Counted from the first letter of the stretch, positions 1 to 9,607 are shown. The stretch: DNA of 63,239 bases from Candidatus Bathyarchaeota archaeon (GCA_005881695.1 VBBT01000113.1:1-63239); one strand, 5' to 3'. A program made the numbers and translations. The notes: generated by a model not told the origin, from the sequence alone.

Positions 1-50
1 AATAAGCTCAACTGTGACGAGGTTATGATGCCTTGCGCGATCGCTCAGTC

Positions 51-1256
51 TCATTCGTACGTCTCCCTGGCCAATTCTGCTCCCTTCGTGATGCTTGCGA
101 GCTTCGCAAGTGAAACATCCCACGTTCTGGTTCGCAGTCCGCAGTCTGGGTTTGCCCAGATTTTTGCTGGGTCCCCGACGATCTTCGTGGCGAATAGAAG
201 TCGGTCCCGCACTAGCTCTGGAGACTCAATTATGTCTCGTCCTAGGGATTGTCCCGCCCCAGAAGATACGTTTCCTGTGAAGTCGTGGACGTGGGCGACG
301 CCGAGCCCAAATTCCCCGCTGAAGCCAGCATCGACGAAATGTTTGAGGTCTCTGAAGCCTTCCCTTGAGTCCTCATCGAGTCCGAGACGGGAAGTGTCTC
401 GGTTGGCGAACTCTAACGCGAGGTGGTCGCATTTGTCTAGCTTCGGTGCATATTCTGCGAGAACTTTGTATCCTATCTCGGATGGGTAGCAGGTGTGGTC
501 ACTGAACTTGCAATCGAACCCTCTGACCGTTTCATTCCAGGCTTCGACGAACAGCTCCATTTCCTGAGGTTCCGGATGGGTGGTCACCGCCGGCTCGTCT
601 ATCTGTATCCAAGATGCTCCCGCGTTAACTAGGTCTCGGATTTCGGGTCGTATGATTTGCTCCACGATGTCGAGTAGGAATTCGCGCTTCGCTTCGATCT
701 TCCGCGTCTTAGATGAGGAAGTGTGTTGCTTCTGGATGTAGTATCCGCTGAAGGACCAGTCCACCAGCGTGTATGGACCGGTAATCGGAACTTTCACGGC
801 TCGGTGGGCGTATTTCTTGACATCCAAGAATTCCGGCAGATAGACGGGGTGTTTCCTAGAGATCTTCGATTCGGCGACTCCCTTGTTGAAGTACTTGTAG
901 TCAAAGGAGTGGATGTGGCCAAGGAGGGTCATTCCCTGGACAGCTTTGATTACATGCTCGTACATCTCGACTCGCTGTTGTTCTCCCCCTACACCGTCGT
1001 TGTCTACGCCTGCGGTTTCGAAGAGGCGCAGGCCGTACAAGGTGGAGAGTTCCAGAACCTCCTTTGCTCGTTCCCTATCATCACTGGTCTTGAGAATGCT
1101 CTTGGCTCGGTCATGGAAGTCTTGAATGGCTAGCTTCTCAGCCCATTCTTCAGCTTCGGAGAGGTCTTGCGAAGAGAGTTGTTGTCGAAGCCCCTTCGTT
1201 CTCCATTTGGCTTTGGCGAGACTCCCGATCTCCTGAACCGGAAAGAGCTTCGACAA
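51..1256 (-). CDS. metE: Cobalamin-independent methionine synthase, catalytic (C-terminal-like) half of a split MetE
   Basis: WIQIDEPA, zinc-ligand HTC and NPDCGLRTR motifs; TTG start directly follows the TAG of the upstream gene. Confidence 0.85.
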   Translation of the reverse strand: MSKLFPVQEIGSLAKAKWRTKGLRQQLSSQDLSEAEEWAEKLAIQDFHDRAKSILKTSDDRERAKEVLELSTLYGLRLFETAGVDNDGVGGEQQRVEMYEHVIKAVQGMTLLGHIHSFDYKYFNKGVAESKISRKHPVYLPEFLDVKKYAHRAVKVPITGPYTLVDWSFSGYYIQKQHTSSSKTRKIEAKREFLLDIVEQIIRPEIRDLVNAGASWIQIDEPAVTTHPEPQEMELFVEAWNETVRGFDCKFSDHTCYPSEIGYKVLAEYAPKLDKCDHLALEFANRDTSRLGLDEDSREGFRDLKHFVDAGFSGEFGLGVAHVHDFTGNVSSGAGQSLGRDIIESPELVRDRLLFATKIVGDPAKIWANPDCGLRTRTWDVSLAKLASITKGAELARETYE

Positions 1257-2234
1257 CTATCTGTTCCCCTCGAACAGTTCAGATGCCTTCGACAACGCTT
1301 CCAACTTCTGGTTAGCAATTTCTTGCGGTAAAAACTTCAGGTCCGTATTGGACGCAAAAACTAGGTCTTGAACGTCCACTTGATCGCAGAATTTCCTTGC
1401 TGTGTCAGCAATCCAGCGAGGATCCTCAACGTAGGATTCCCGTGAGTCGACAACACCCAAAACGAGCGCTTTCGAGGCTTGTTCGCGAAGTGCGGAAGTG
1501 TCAGTTTCGAAGAGGTCGATTCCGATGCCGTAGATCGGTAGGTCTAGAAGTTTGGGGAGTACGGGAGCAACATCGCCAAAGTAGGTCTGGACCACAAACT
1601 CTCCGGGGTTGTCTTCGACCACGGAGCGAATTGCTCGGAGGGCGAGTTCAACTTCCGACTGGTCCCTGAAGTTCTCTCTGTAGGGTTGATAGACCAAGCA
1701 GGGTTCTGATAGTTGGAAGAGCGAAACGCCCTCGTTCCGAAGTCTCTTGATAATCTCGCGCTCGGCAACTGCAATGTCGAAGAGGAGATCAGGATAATTT
1801 TCGTAGTGCTTGTTTTCCGAGAGCTGAGAGAACGTGTATGGTCCAGGTAAAGTGATCTTTCGATTCCTTTCTCCTGTCAAGAGTTCGGTTCGAAGAAACG
1901 TGTCCGGGTTGATTTCGCCGGCTGAAATCTTGCCTGTGACGATGGGCTTTTGGTAGAATGTATTGGTGTCAAACCATCTTGAGTATCGGGTGCCCGACTC
2001 CACTCCTTTGAGAGATCGCGCGATGGGTCTTAGTTGATCTTGCCAGCCTAGGGCTCCGTCGGAGATATGTTGGAAGCCGAGGCTCTCTTGAAATTTGATG
2101 AGTTCTCTTGTCTCCTGCTCGAGTTGAGCTTCCACTTGATTCCAGCTGGTTTTTGCTCGCTCGTACGATCGGGTGAGGTCGATTAGCTTTTCTGACCGCG
2201 GGTGAATCCCGGCAAGCTGGATCTCTGGGGACAT
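1257..2234 (-). CDS. MetE N-terminal-like (non-catalytic) half
   Basis: RWFDTNTFYQKP, LPGPYTF, QLSEPCL and QTYFG motifs; lacks the zinc ligands. Confidence 0.8.
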   Translation of the reverse strand: MSPEIQLAGIHPRSEKLIDLTRSYERAKTSWNQVEAQLEQETRELIKFQESLGFQHISDGALGWQDQLRPIARSLKGVESGTRYSRWFDTNTFYQKPIVTGKISAGEINPDTFLRTELLTGERNRKITLPGPYTFSQLSENKHYENYPDLLFDIAVAEREIIKRLRNEGVSLFQLSEPCLVYQPYRENFRDQSEVELALRAIRSVVEDNPGEFVVQTYFGDVAPVLPKLLDLPIYGIGIDLFETDTSALREQASKALVLGVVDSRESYVEDPRWIADTARKFCDQVDVQDLVFASNTDLKFLPQEIANQKLEALSKASELFEGNR

Positions 2235-2262
2235 GTTTTCGTCGTCGTTTCAGTTATTCTAA

Positions 2263-2270
2263 TTATATAA
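2263..2270 (-). promoter_or_regulatory. Probable TATA box for the metE pair
   Basis: TTATATAA about 29 bp upstream of the ATG at 2234. Confidence 0.5.
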
Positions 2271-2285
2271 GTTCTGTTGTACTCA

Positions 2286-2328
2286 TATTCCGTTGGGAAT
2301 AGGGCTTTTCTGTATTCCGATAGGAATA
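2286..2328. promoter_or_regulatory. Two palindromic operator-like sites, TATTCC-N4-GGAATA
   Basis: TATTCCGTTGGGAATA (2286-2301) and TATTCCGATAGGAATA (2313-2328) in the divergent intergenic region. Confidence 0.7.
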
Positions 2329-2354
2329 AGAGCACCGTAAACCCGTCTATAAGC

Positions 2355-2915
2355 ATGCTTCCATCTCTGGGGGAGATTCCGAAGAAGAGGAAAGAGCTCG
2401 GGTTGACGCAGTCTAGACTCGCTGTATCGGCTGGAGTGAGCCAGTCGATAATCGCGAAGATAGAGGCTGGTTCGGTGGACCCGTCTTATTCGGTTGTGCA
2501 AAGACTGTTCAGCGCTTTGGAAAGAGCAGGGGTTGAGAGCCCAGCACGTCGCGTAGATGAGCTCATTAGTCGTCCTGTTGTCTCTGTTGCGAGAACGCAG
2601 CTCGTTCGGGACGCTGTTGACTTGATGAGGCGTAGAGGTTATTCGCAGCTTCCAGTTTTAGAAAGTGGACGATGTGTTGGAAGCATTTCGGAGAAGACGA
2701 TACTCGATCGAGCTGCTCGAGGTGAGTCCTTAGAGTCAGTCCTTGCCCTAAGGGTTCGCGAGATCATGGATTCGCCATTGCCGGTGGTCAATAATGATAC
2801 TCCACTCGATCTGGTCCTAGGATTGTTGCAGGGCAACTATGGCGTCCTCGTTTCCAAAGGCGAGAACATCGTTGGTATTCTGACGAAGTCGGATATTCTA
2901 AAAACAAAAAGGTAG
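2355..2915 (+). CDS. XRE-type HTH transcriptional regulator with tandem CBS domains
   Basis: RKELGLTQSRLA...GVSQSIIAKIEAG HTH followed by CBS motifs (YSQLPV, VGILTKSDIL); ATG 2355 preferred over the ORF-track start 2277. Confidence 0.85.
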   Translation: MLPSLGEIPKKRKELGLTQSRLAVSAGVSQSIIAKIEAGSVDPSYSVVQRLFSALERAGVESPARRVDELISRPVVSVARTQLVRDAVDLMRRRGYSQLPVLESGRCVGSISEKTILDRAARGESLESVLALRVREIMDSPLPVVNNDTPLDLVLGLLQGNYGVLVSKGENIVGILTKSDILKTKR

Positions 2916-3102
2916 TTCCAGTAAGGGACCGATTGTAGCGTCCAGTATTGAAGGAACGTTTCAGGCTGTTTCCAGTGACTATTCACTAGGGTAACATCAC
3001 TCCTATTCAAGAACAGCTCATGCTGTGTTCTCCTGTTCGAGATACTATTAGGACAAGTATCCTTGGATGAGCTTGAATGATCACTAGGTATGGGTTGAAC
3101 GA

Positions 3103-4491
3103 ATGCTAGTCCAACTTACCAGTCTTGATCCCATCTGGTCCCTTTTCACTGTCATAGGAATACTCACCCTATTCGGAAAGAAGAAGAAAGACGAGAAAGA
3201 TCACGAAGAGAACGGAGAATCGTCGACTTCAATGCCCACTTCAGCACCCAACTCTCCAGCGGCACCACTCCAAGCTCCTCCTGTTCCCGCAAGTGCTCTT
3301 GCTCCTCCTTCTTCTCCTCCTCCAACTTCTCCGCCAATGAACGCCAACATCTCCTATCAACCGCCGAGAAGCTGGCAGGGTCCTCCGCAGGGGGACGAGG
3401 ACAGCTCGCTGAGCAGACTGCTACAGTCTCTGCTCAGAGATTTGCCATCTGACGCGAACTCGATGGGTGGCGATCAGCCAGGAGCGTTCTCGTTGCAAAG
3501 CACGGCTGAATGGATCCCGCCGAGGGCGACTCCCACAAGTCGGCCGATGATGATAGGTCCAGCCGGAAAGAAAGGCTCGGAGCCAGACAAACCAACCCCG
3601 GCACCACAACCGCCAGTTGCTACTGCGCCTCCTCCACCTCCAGCGCCTCCAGTTCGTTCCGTGAAACCCTCCGCGCCTATGGAGCAGCCAGTAAAGGAAG
3701 CGGTCCAGCCGAAGTTCTATCCTCCGCCCTCAACGGATAAACCGGAGAAACCTGTCAGGGAAGAGGCTCTGAAGCGTCCCAGCCCTCCAAAAGCGTCTCA
3801 AAGCTTTGACCATATCTTCGAGCTTACGAAAGGAAGCCTGGAATCTCCAGGCTTGGTGGTCGTAAACGGCAGCCAAGGATCTGGAAAAACGACTCTCTGC
3901 TCTGGGCTTGCGAACAGTTTTCTGAAGCAAGGAGACCCATGCATGTTCGTTACCTACGATAAAGCGCCTGCTGCGCTTAGGGATCAGATGAAAAAAATGG
4001 GTGCGGATCCGTCAGAGGCTGAGTCTCAATATAGGTTCTTGCTCGTGGACGGGTTTTCGGCCCAGTCCGACTCGTTCAGCTTTGAGCCGTACTACGTTGA
4101 GAAGGCGTTCGACTTCGATTCGATACAGGACGCGCTCATCAAGAACAGTTCCATGTTTATCGGCGAGAAGACGAAGATTCTCTTCGACTCGATCGATCCG
4201 GTGATAGCAAAGGTCGAGTCCAAGGATTTTGTCAAGCGATTAAGCGAGACCTTGGACAAGCTAAGAGACTCGAAAGTGACACTGGTCTTGACAGTGGATC
4301 TTTCGAAGGCACCGAAGGAAGTAGTCAAGTGGCTGGAAGATACCGCGTCGTGCGTTATCGATCTGGACAAGGATGATTCGGATCCGAACGGGCGAGAGCT
4401 GAATGTCAGGAAGCTGAACGGGTCAGCGTCCAAGATAGATACAGAAACTTTCGAGATAGATTCGAGCAAAGGACTCGTATTCGTAAAGTAG
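3103..4491 (+). CDS. KaiC/RAD55-family ATPase with long Pro-rich N-terminal region
   Basis: Walker A GSQGSGKT, Walker B ILFDS, and a C-terminal RELNVRKLNG; about 200 aa of Pro/Ser-rich linker. Confidence 0.75.
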   Translation: MLVQLTSLDPIWSLFTVIGILTLFGKKKKDEKDHEENGESSTSMPTSAPNSPAAPLQAPPVPASALAPPSSPPPTSPPMNANISYQPPRSWQGPPQGDEDSSLSRLLQSLLRDLPSDANSMGGDQPGAFSLQSTAEWIPPRATPTSRPMMIGPAGKKGSEPDKPTPAPQPPVATAPPPPPAPPVRSVKPSAPMEQPVKEAVQPKFYPPPSTDKPEKPVREEALKRPSPPKASQSFDHIFELTKGSLESPGLVVVNGSQGSGKTTLCSGLANSFLKQGDPCMFVTYDKAPAALRDQMKKMGADPSEAESQYRFLLVDGFSAQSDSFSFEPYYVEKAFDFDSIQDALIKNSSMFIGEKTKILFDSIDPVIAKVESKDFVKRLSETLDKLRDSKVTLVLTVDLSKAPKEVVKWLEDTASCVIDLDKDDSDPNGRELNVRKLNGSASKIDTETFEIDSSKGLVFVK

Positions 4492-4527
4492 CCTTATCTC
4501 TACATGCAGAGGAATGGAAAACACTAG

Positions 4528-4713
4528 CTACTCGTCGTCTTTAGAATCATCCGCTTGAGGTGGAGGCTGGAAAGCTTCCAGGGGCACCCATCTGCTCTTC
4601 TGGGCACCTTTGACCCAGGCGCCTCCTCCATCGATCCATTCAACGACGCCCTCGATTGTTTCGCCGCTCAACAATATCACCTTGACGTTATCGCCGGGTT
4701 TCGGAAGGGACAT
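4528..4713 (-). CDS. Small beta-barrel (Sm/SH3-like) hypothetical protein
   Basis: PGDNVKVILLSGETIEGVV pattern; ATG start. Confidence 0.5.
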   Translation of the reverse strand: MSLPKPGDNVKVILLSGETIEGVVEWIDGGGAWVKGAQKSRWVPLEAFQPPPQADDSKDDE

Positions 4714-4897
4714 GAATGGAGCAAACCGGGCCGGCTGAGCTATGATAAAACCCTGACTTGGACATGCAGGACGAACCGGTCGTGCGTCGTTGGAGCCCGA
4801 TACTTACTTTCACATGGGTCCGCAGGGACCACTCATGCGACGCGAGACACAGTCGCTAAGACCCCCGATTTTTTCTAGAACATTTCCTGTCTGGCAT

Positions 4898-5034
4898 TGA
4901 TAATGGGCGAAGCATGCGGTTCAAGGCACAATCCAGGCTGCGATGGTAATGGAAAGATGGCGACAATTCCGAACGAATCTCGGGAGAGTTGAAGCGGAGG
5001 TCCCAGATTCGAGATCCGGGCTGATAATGGGCGA
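4898..5034. repeat. 13-bp direct repeat TGATAATGGGCGA flanking a hairpin
   Basis: Exact copies at 4898-4910 and 5022-5034; stem CGAATCT-C-GGGA/TCCC-AGATTCG at 4974-5011. Confidence 0.6.
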
Positions 5035-5055
5035 GTTTCTAAACTATCAAAAAGT

Positions 5056-5319
5056 CTAGAGGGGCTCTACGTAGCCGAAGCCTTCACGAATGATCTTACG
5101 CACCATCTCAGCCCTCTCCTCGGTATTCTTGTCCAGGTAAATCTTGACGATGTGGCCCTTCTCGGTCTCGAAGCGCAAACCTTCCTTGCGAAACTTCTCC
5201 AAGGCATCGTTAAGGGTGAAATGGTTTCCAAAAGTTGCAACGATAACGGCGCGGTTCTTCTTCTTACCGCCCAGCCGAATCGCGGTTTTTCTGAAACCCT
5301 CAGCTAAACCATAAGCCAC
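5056..5319 (-). CDS. Hypothetical protein
   Basis: 87-aa ORF with protein-like composition, co-oriented with neighbours. Confidence 0.6.
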   Translation of the reverse strand: MAYGLAEGFRKTAIRLGGKKKNRAVIVATFGNHFTLNDALEKFRKEGLRFETEKGHIVKIYLDKNTEERAEMVRKIIREGFGYVEPL

Positions 5320-5371
5320 TGTAAATCCGCCTTGCTTCTCGAACCAGCTGTGTCGCTATATGACTATCGGG

Positions 5372-5773
5372 TCACGCGGCCAGTTCGATAGGCCGCATCT
5401 TTTGGGACGGCGTTTTACCCAAGACCTTTCCAAGCTCCACCGTGACAACTCTTCGGTTGGACCTCTGACCACCATACCACCGGTTCACCTGATCGTCACC
5501 ATACTTCCGTCGAAAGAGGCTGAAAACGTGATCGAGTTTCTCCTGAGCGAGGCTTCCGTTTCCCTGGAAAAGTATTTCTCCAACTTCAACCTCCACCCGG
5601 GGAGTCTTCTCTACGTTCTTCCACCAATCAGAATCCTCATGAGCCAAAAAGAACAACTTCCCATCCTCGAAAGCGAACCAGAGCTCGACAGATCGAAACA
5701 AGCCGGTCCGTCGGCCCTTGGTAGTCAGGTTGAGGTAGGGTGTCTCTTCCAGAACAATCTCACTAGTAGCCAA
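5372..5773 (-). CDS. Deazaflavin (F420)-dependent nitroreductase/oxidoreductase family protein
   Basis: LTTKGRRTG...ELWF and SDWWKNV..TPRVEV motifs. Confidence 0.75.
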   Translation of the reverse strand: MATSEIVLEETPYLNLTTKGRRTGLFRSVELWFAFEDGKLFFLAHEDSDWWKNVEKTPRVEVEVGEILFQGNGSLAQEKLDHVFSLFRRKYGDDQVNRWYGGQRSNRRVVTVELGKVLGKTPSQKMRPIELAA

Positions 5774-5842
5774 TACGACTCAAGACGTACCAACAGTGCG
5801 TCGGACCCTTCGTTATAACCCTGAGGAGCCCTATCGGGGACC

Positions 5843-6127
5843 TTACTCGAACGACTCGCTCGCTTCATCGCTGCCGGCAGGCTCGCTCTTCGCAGGCTGC
5901 GAAGCTGGAGTCCGCTCGGGTAGGAGAGAGTATCTGCCATCAGAGGTCCGATAGATAGCCACCCGATGAACAGTTTCCCAGCCAGCGCTACCCTGGCGCC
6001 GGATCTGGATGGTCAAGACCTCAGCGGTGGGATCGCTTTTTCCCGGCCAAACAGTGAGCCCGAGAAAGTCTCCATTCGGCAGCTTGCTCGTGAACCTTGC
6101 CTTGTACTTCTGCCTCTCAGCCATCAT
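5843..6127 (-). CDS. Hypothetical protein
   Basis: Beta-rich ORF; ATG at 6127 or 6124 is the likely start. Confidence 0.6.
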   Translation of the reverse strand: MMAERQKYKARFTSKLPNGDFLGLTVWPGKSDPTAEVLTIQIRRQGSAGWETVHRVAIYRTSDGRYSLLPERTPASQPAKSEPAGSDEASESFE

Positions 6128-6230
6128 ACACGATTGGAACATGCCCTCGGCGTATTAAGCTGAATCCCTCATCGACAAAGCCTCCCTCTCAGAAGGCTCA
6201 TCTTATTACTTGACGAAATCAGAATATTGA

Positions 6231-6842
6231 TTGATAGTCTTGCTCTCGGGAATGCTGGTTGTCCTCCGAGCGCTGGAACGTGAAGATCTAACAGCGATGC
6301 ACAAGTGGCAGAACGACGAAGAGATCATGCGTTTGGCCCGCTCCTTCCCAGACCACGTGATCTCGAAAGAAGCCTTGGAGGCAGAATTCGCGAAGGAGCT
6401 GAAGGGAGAAGACACTGGAAGGAGAGCCTACATTATCGAAGAGAAATCCACACGCAAGCCAGTTGGCTGGGCGACGATTCGAATTCACCAGTTCCAGCGA
6501 AAGATGACGGCTGCTGATGTCGGTTTAGCACTGGGGGAGAAGACTGCCTGGAACAAGGGATACGGAACAGAAACTGCTAGACTCCTCCTCGACGAGGTGT
6601 TTAGACAATTGAACCTGCACCGAGCAGAATGGTGGACGTTCTCCGAGAATAATGTCAGCGTCCAACTGGCCAAGAAACTAGGCTTCAAAGAAGAAGCCCG
6701 CCTACGAGATGCGGTCTTCTTCGACAACCGGTATCATGACTTGGTTGTACTTGGTCTCTTGAAACAGGAGTTTGAATCGATTAGGGCAGCGTCCGAAACG
6801 TCCCGGGACAAGACAACCGTTAGCTATTTACAGAGCCCGTAG
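6231..6842 (+). CDS. RimJ/RimL-family GNAT N-acetyltransferase
   Basis: LRALEREDL, WNKGYGTE, LNLHR and KLGFKEEARLR motifs. Confidence 0.85.
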   Translation: MIVLLSGMLVVLRALEREDLTAMHKWQNDEEIMRLARSFPDHVISKEALEAEFAKELKGEDTGRRAYIIEEKSTRKPVGWATIRIHQFQRKMTAADVGLALGEKTAWNKGYGTETARLLLDEVFRQLNLHRAEWWTFSENNVSVQLAKKLGFKEEARLRDAVFFDNRYHDLVVLGLLKQEFESIRAASETSRDKTTVSYLQSP

Positions 6843-6862
6843 CAGAAAGTCGGCGATCAACA

Positions 6863-7201
6863 TTGAGCAACCTTGAGATGAAGGCTCAGAAAGGAGACAC
6901 CGTATCCGTACATTATCTCGGACGATATCCTGGCGGAAAGGTCTTCGACACTTCCATGGAGAAAGAAGCGAAATCCGCAGGCCTCTACAATCCTGCCCGT
7001 GACTACAAGCCTCTACAGGTGACGCTTGGAACTGGAAAGGTGATTCAGGGGTTCGACGAAGCACTGATCGGAATGAAGATCAATGAAGAGAAGGAAGTTG
7101 TGATTCCTCCGGAGAAGGCTTACGGAAAAACAGGGGGTCATCCTATGGCGGGCAAGACTCTGCAGTTCAAACTTAGAGTGACCAACATCAAACGCCAATA
7201 A
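6863..7201 (+). CDS. FKBP-type peptidyl-prolyl cis-trans isomerase
   Basis: GDTVSVHYLG, VFDTS, VIQGFDEALIGM and IPPEKAYG motifs. Confidence 0.9.
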   Translation: MSNLEMKAQKGDTVSVHYLGRYPGGKVFDTSMEKEAKSAGLYNPARDYKPLQVTLGTGKVIQGFDEALIGMKINEEKEVVIPPEKAYGKTGGHPMAGKTLQFKLRVTNIKRQ

Positions 7202-7300
7202 CGGGAACTGGGCCAGAATTCCTCACAGCGTCTACAACGCGGCCCCTTGACAATTACTCCTGTCCAATGCTGGACATGACACATTCGAAGAGGAGGGCTG

Positions 7301-7913
7301 CTACCGTCTCAAGGATGGTACATGGCGATGGCGCTGAGGTCCTACAAGTCAACCCGAATAATACCCTTGATCTTCGTCGACGGGGGAGCCTGAGAAAGTA
7401 GAAAGAGTCAAGGCTCAGATACCCGATGCAACCCACACAAACTGGGATCGGATCGTCGAAAGATTGGAAGACTTGATGAGGCAACCTCCTCAAAACGTCC
7501 CACGGGCTCGGTCACGCCTCGAAGGCCACAAAGGAGCGCCTCTCCCCAAGAAACTCGGAATCAAACCGGGATACACCGTTTCCCTAGTTGGCGCACCCGC
7601 GGGGTTCCGAGAGACCATGGGCGAATTACCGGAAAATGTGGTGCTGCGAGATGGTGTGAGAGCCCAGTCTGACCTAACGCTGTGGTTTGCAAAGTCTCGA
7701 CGAGAGTTGGAAGAGAGACTGCAACACATGAGGCCATTTTCGAAGAAGGCTGGATTATGGATTCTCTGGCCGAAGCAAGCCTCTAAGCTTCAAACGGACT
7801 TAGGACAGCCATTAGTGCGCGAAGCAGGGCTGGCCGCCGGGATGGTTGATTTCAAGATCTGCTCGATCGACAAAAACTGGTCGGGGCTCCGATTCACGCT
7901 AAGAGAGAAGTAA
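7301..7913 (+). pseudogene. DUF3052-like gene with a frameshifted upstream part
   Basis: PLPKKLGIKPG, GLWILWPK and GMVDFKICSID..WSGLRF motifs; upstream protein-like frame (RIIPLIFVDG) joins the main frame (EPEKVERVKAQIPDAT) if one G is removed from the G5 run at 7382-7386; upstream in-frame TGA at 7277. Confidence 0.55.
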
Positions 7914-8031
7914 GAGTCGTCGGCCTGTCTTCGGAGAGATGGTTTCGGGGCTCCTTGAGGCCTGTATGACCGTGACCTGCGAGAGCCTTAATTGTTCAGA
8001 TGGTCACCGAATGAGTACGAGAATGTGAACT

Positions 8032-9092
8032 ATGCTATTCCGAGCTAGCATCGACCTAGCGTTGGAACCGATGGCTGCCTTCGACGAGTTTGTTGCGGAG
8101 TTGTCCCAAGCCCTTACTCGAGTCGGCATGCGGCTTGAACCGCGGAAGGACGGTAGGATTTCGGAAGGAAAAGTCGAGGTCGGACGTGTTCTATCGTGGA
8201 GGCCTGGAAAGAAGTGCTGCTTGAGTGGCGCCAGGCCGACTGGAAGCCTGACGAGGTTACGAAGATGGGGCTGAGGTTTGAATCTGTCCCAGATGGGACG
8301 CGCATCACCATAGAACATGATGAATGGGGGAGTCTTCTGGGCGATAGACGCGGCGAGTTAGCAGGTTGGTTTGCAGGCGAGGTTGCCGCCCCATTATTCC
8401 AGGCGATGGGACCCACCCGGTTCGGAGACTGGCTAACCGACCGTCGAGCTCGGCGACCATCAGGAGCACAGGCGCGTGCTGGATATCGCGATCCCGTTTA
8501 CCACCGTCCCAACTTCAAAGTCATTTTGAAAGCGCTCTCCCTAACCCCTTCCGACTTCTTGCTCGAGGTAGGATGCGGAGGAGGCGCTCTTCTACAAGAG
8601 GCGCTGCGAAGCGGATGTCGGGCAGCGGCCGTTGACCACAGCCCGGAAATGGTCAAGCTCGCGCAAGAGGTCAATCACGATGCTATTAGACAGCGAAGGC
8701 TGGAGGTGCGTGAAGCGGAAGCGGATCAGCTGCCGTTTCCGAACGGGAAGTTCACATGCGCGGCCTTGACCAACGTTTTCGGCTTCCTCCCAGATCCACA
8801 CGCGGTGCTAGTGGAAATCCGACGTGTCCTCGCGAAGGAGGGCCGGCTTGTCCTCTTTACAGTATCTCCTGAGATGCGTGGAACAATAGCAGCGCCCGAA
8901 CCGATGGCGTCTCGGATACATTTCTACAAAGATGAAGAATTGATGAAACTCACACGCGAAGCAGGTTTCGCAGATGTACGAGTTGAACGACCCAACCTTG
9001 AGCCGTTCGCTCGGGAGGCAGGTGTGCCGGAGGAGCACATTCAGGCTTTCTCAGGCCGAGACGGGCAGCTCACCATTGGTCTGAAAACGTAG
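8032..9092 (+). pseudogene. SRPBCC-like domain + class I SAM methyltransferase, split by a 1-bp frameshift
   Basis: GRVLSWRPGK (frame of 8032) continues as EVLLEWRQADW (frame of 8196) at the A3 run 8208-8210; LLEVGCGGG SAM motif. Confidence 0.7.
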
Positions 9093-9247
9093 AACATGAT
9101 TTGACCTCATAGGGGACTGAAGGGTCGGATTTTTTAACCCAGACCGGGTCAGCCACGGTAACATAACCTCAGTACCTTGGTTGGCAAGGGATCTGTAACA
9201 ACTTTGGATTTGCCTTTCTTGTTATGGTCTGCGCCTAACACGCAAGA

Positions 9248-9523
9248 ATGTCTGAAGGACTGGAGGTCAGACGAGTGAGCTTGGTGGATCTTTTGATCTC
9301 AATAGGAAGTGCGGGGCTTGCGATCTTTAGTGTGCCGACGGTTCTGAACAAGAATTCTCAAGTTCCGAGAAAGACAGCGAGCATTCCCTCGGCGTCCATC
9401 TTAACATATTTCGTCCCGTTGTTTGCGATAAGCGGATTGGATCTTACGGCGATGACCATCGCAGGACAGGCCATCGTATGGTGGCTAATTGTTGCACTGA
9501 GACCTGTTAGAAAGCTTGGCTAA
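9248..9523 (+). CDS. Small membrane protein (about 3 TM helices)
   Basis: Three hydrophobic segments. Confidence 0.6.
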   Translation: MSEGLEVRRVSLVDLLISIGSAGLAIFSVPTVLNKNSQVPRKTASIPSASILTYFVPLFAISGLDLTAMTIAGQAIVWWLIVALRPVRKLG

Positions 9524-9581
9524 CTTGATGACTTGGGAAAGGACGCTAACCGGGACTATGGTGCGGCCGCCGGGATTTGAA

Positions 9582-9607
9582 GTCCCGAGCCGTCGTTTAA
9601 ACGGCTT
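9582..9607 (-). other. tRNA intron 2 (26 nt, position 53/54)
   Basis: AAGCCGTTTAAACGACGGCTCGGGAC; central helix CCCG/CGGG, bulges GG|A and AC|T, inner stem AGCCGT/ACGGCT (BHB). Confidence 0.88.

Noticed and set aside
2915..2977. Three TCCAGT copies resembling ORB halves
   Set aside because: Only 6-bp matches, irregular spacing and no full ORB; compatible with chance
8200..8215. Programmed -1 frameshift
   Set aside because: T GGA AAG is not a canonical X XXY YYZ heptamer; mutation or assembly error is more likely
7200..9570. Integrated element at the tRNA-Gly 3' end
   Set aside because: No integrase, and no duplicated tRNA 3' end (att site) was found by eye
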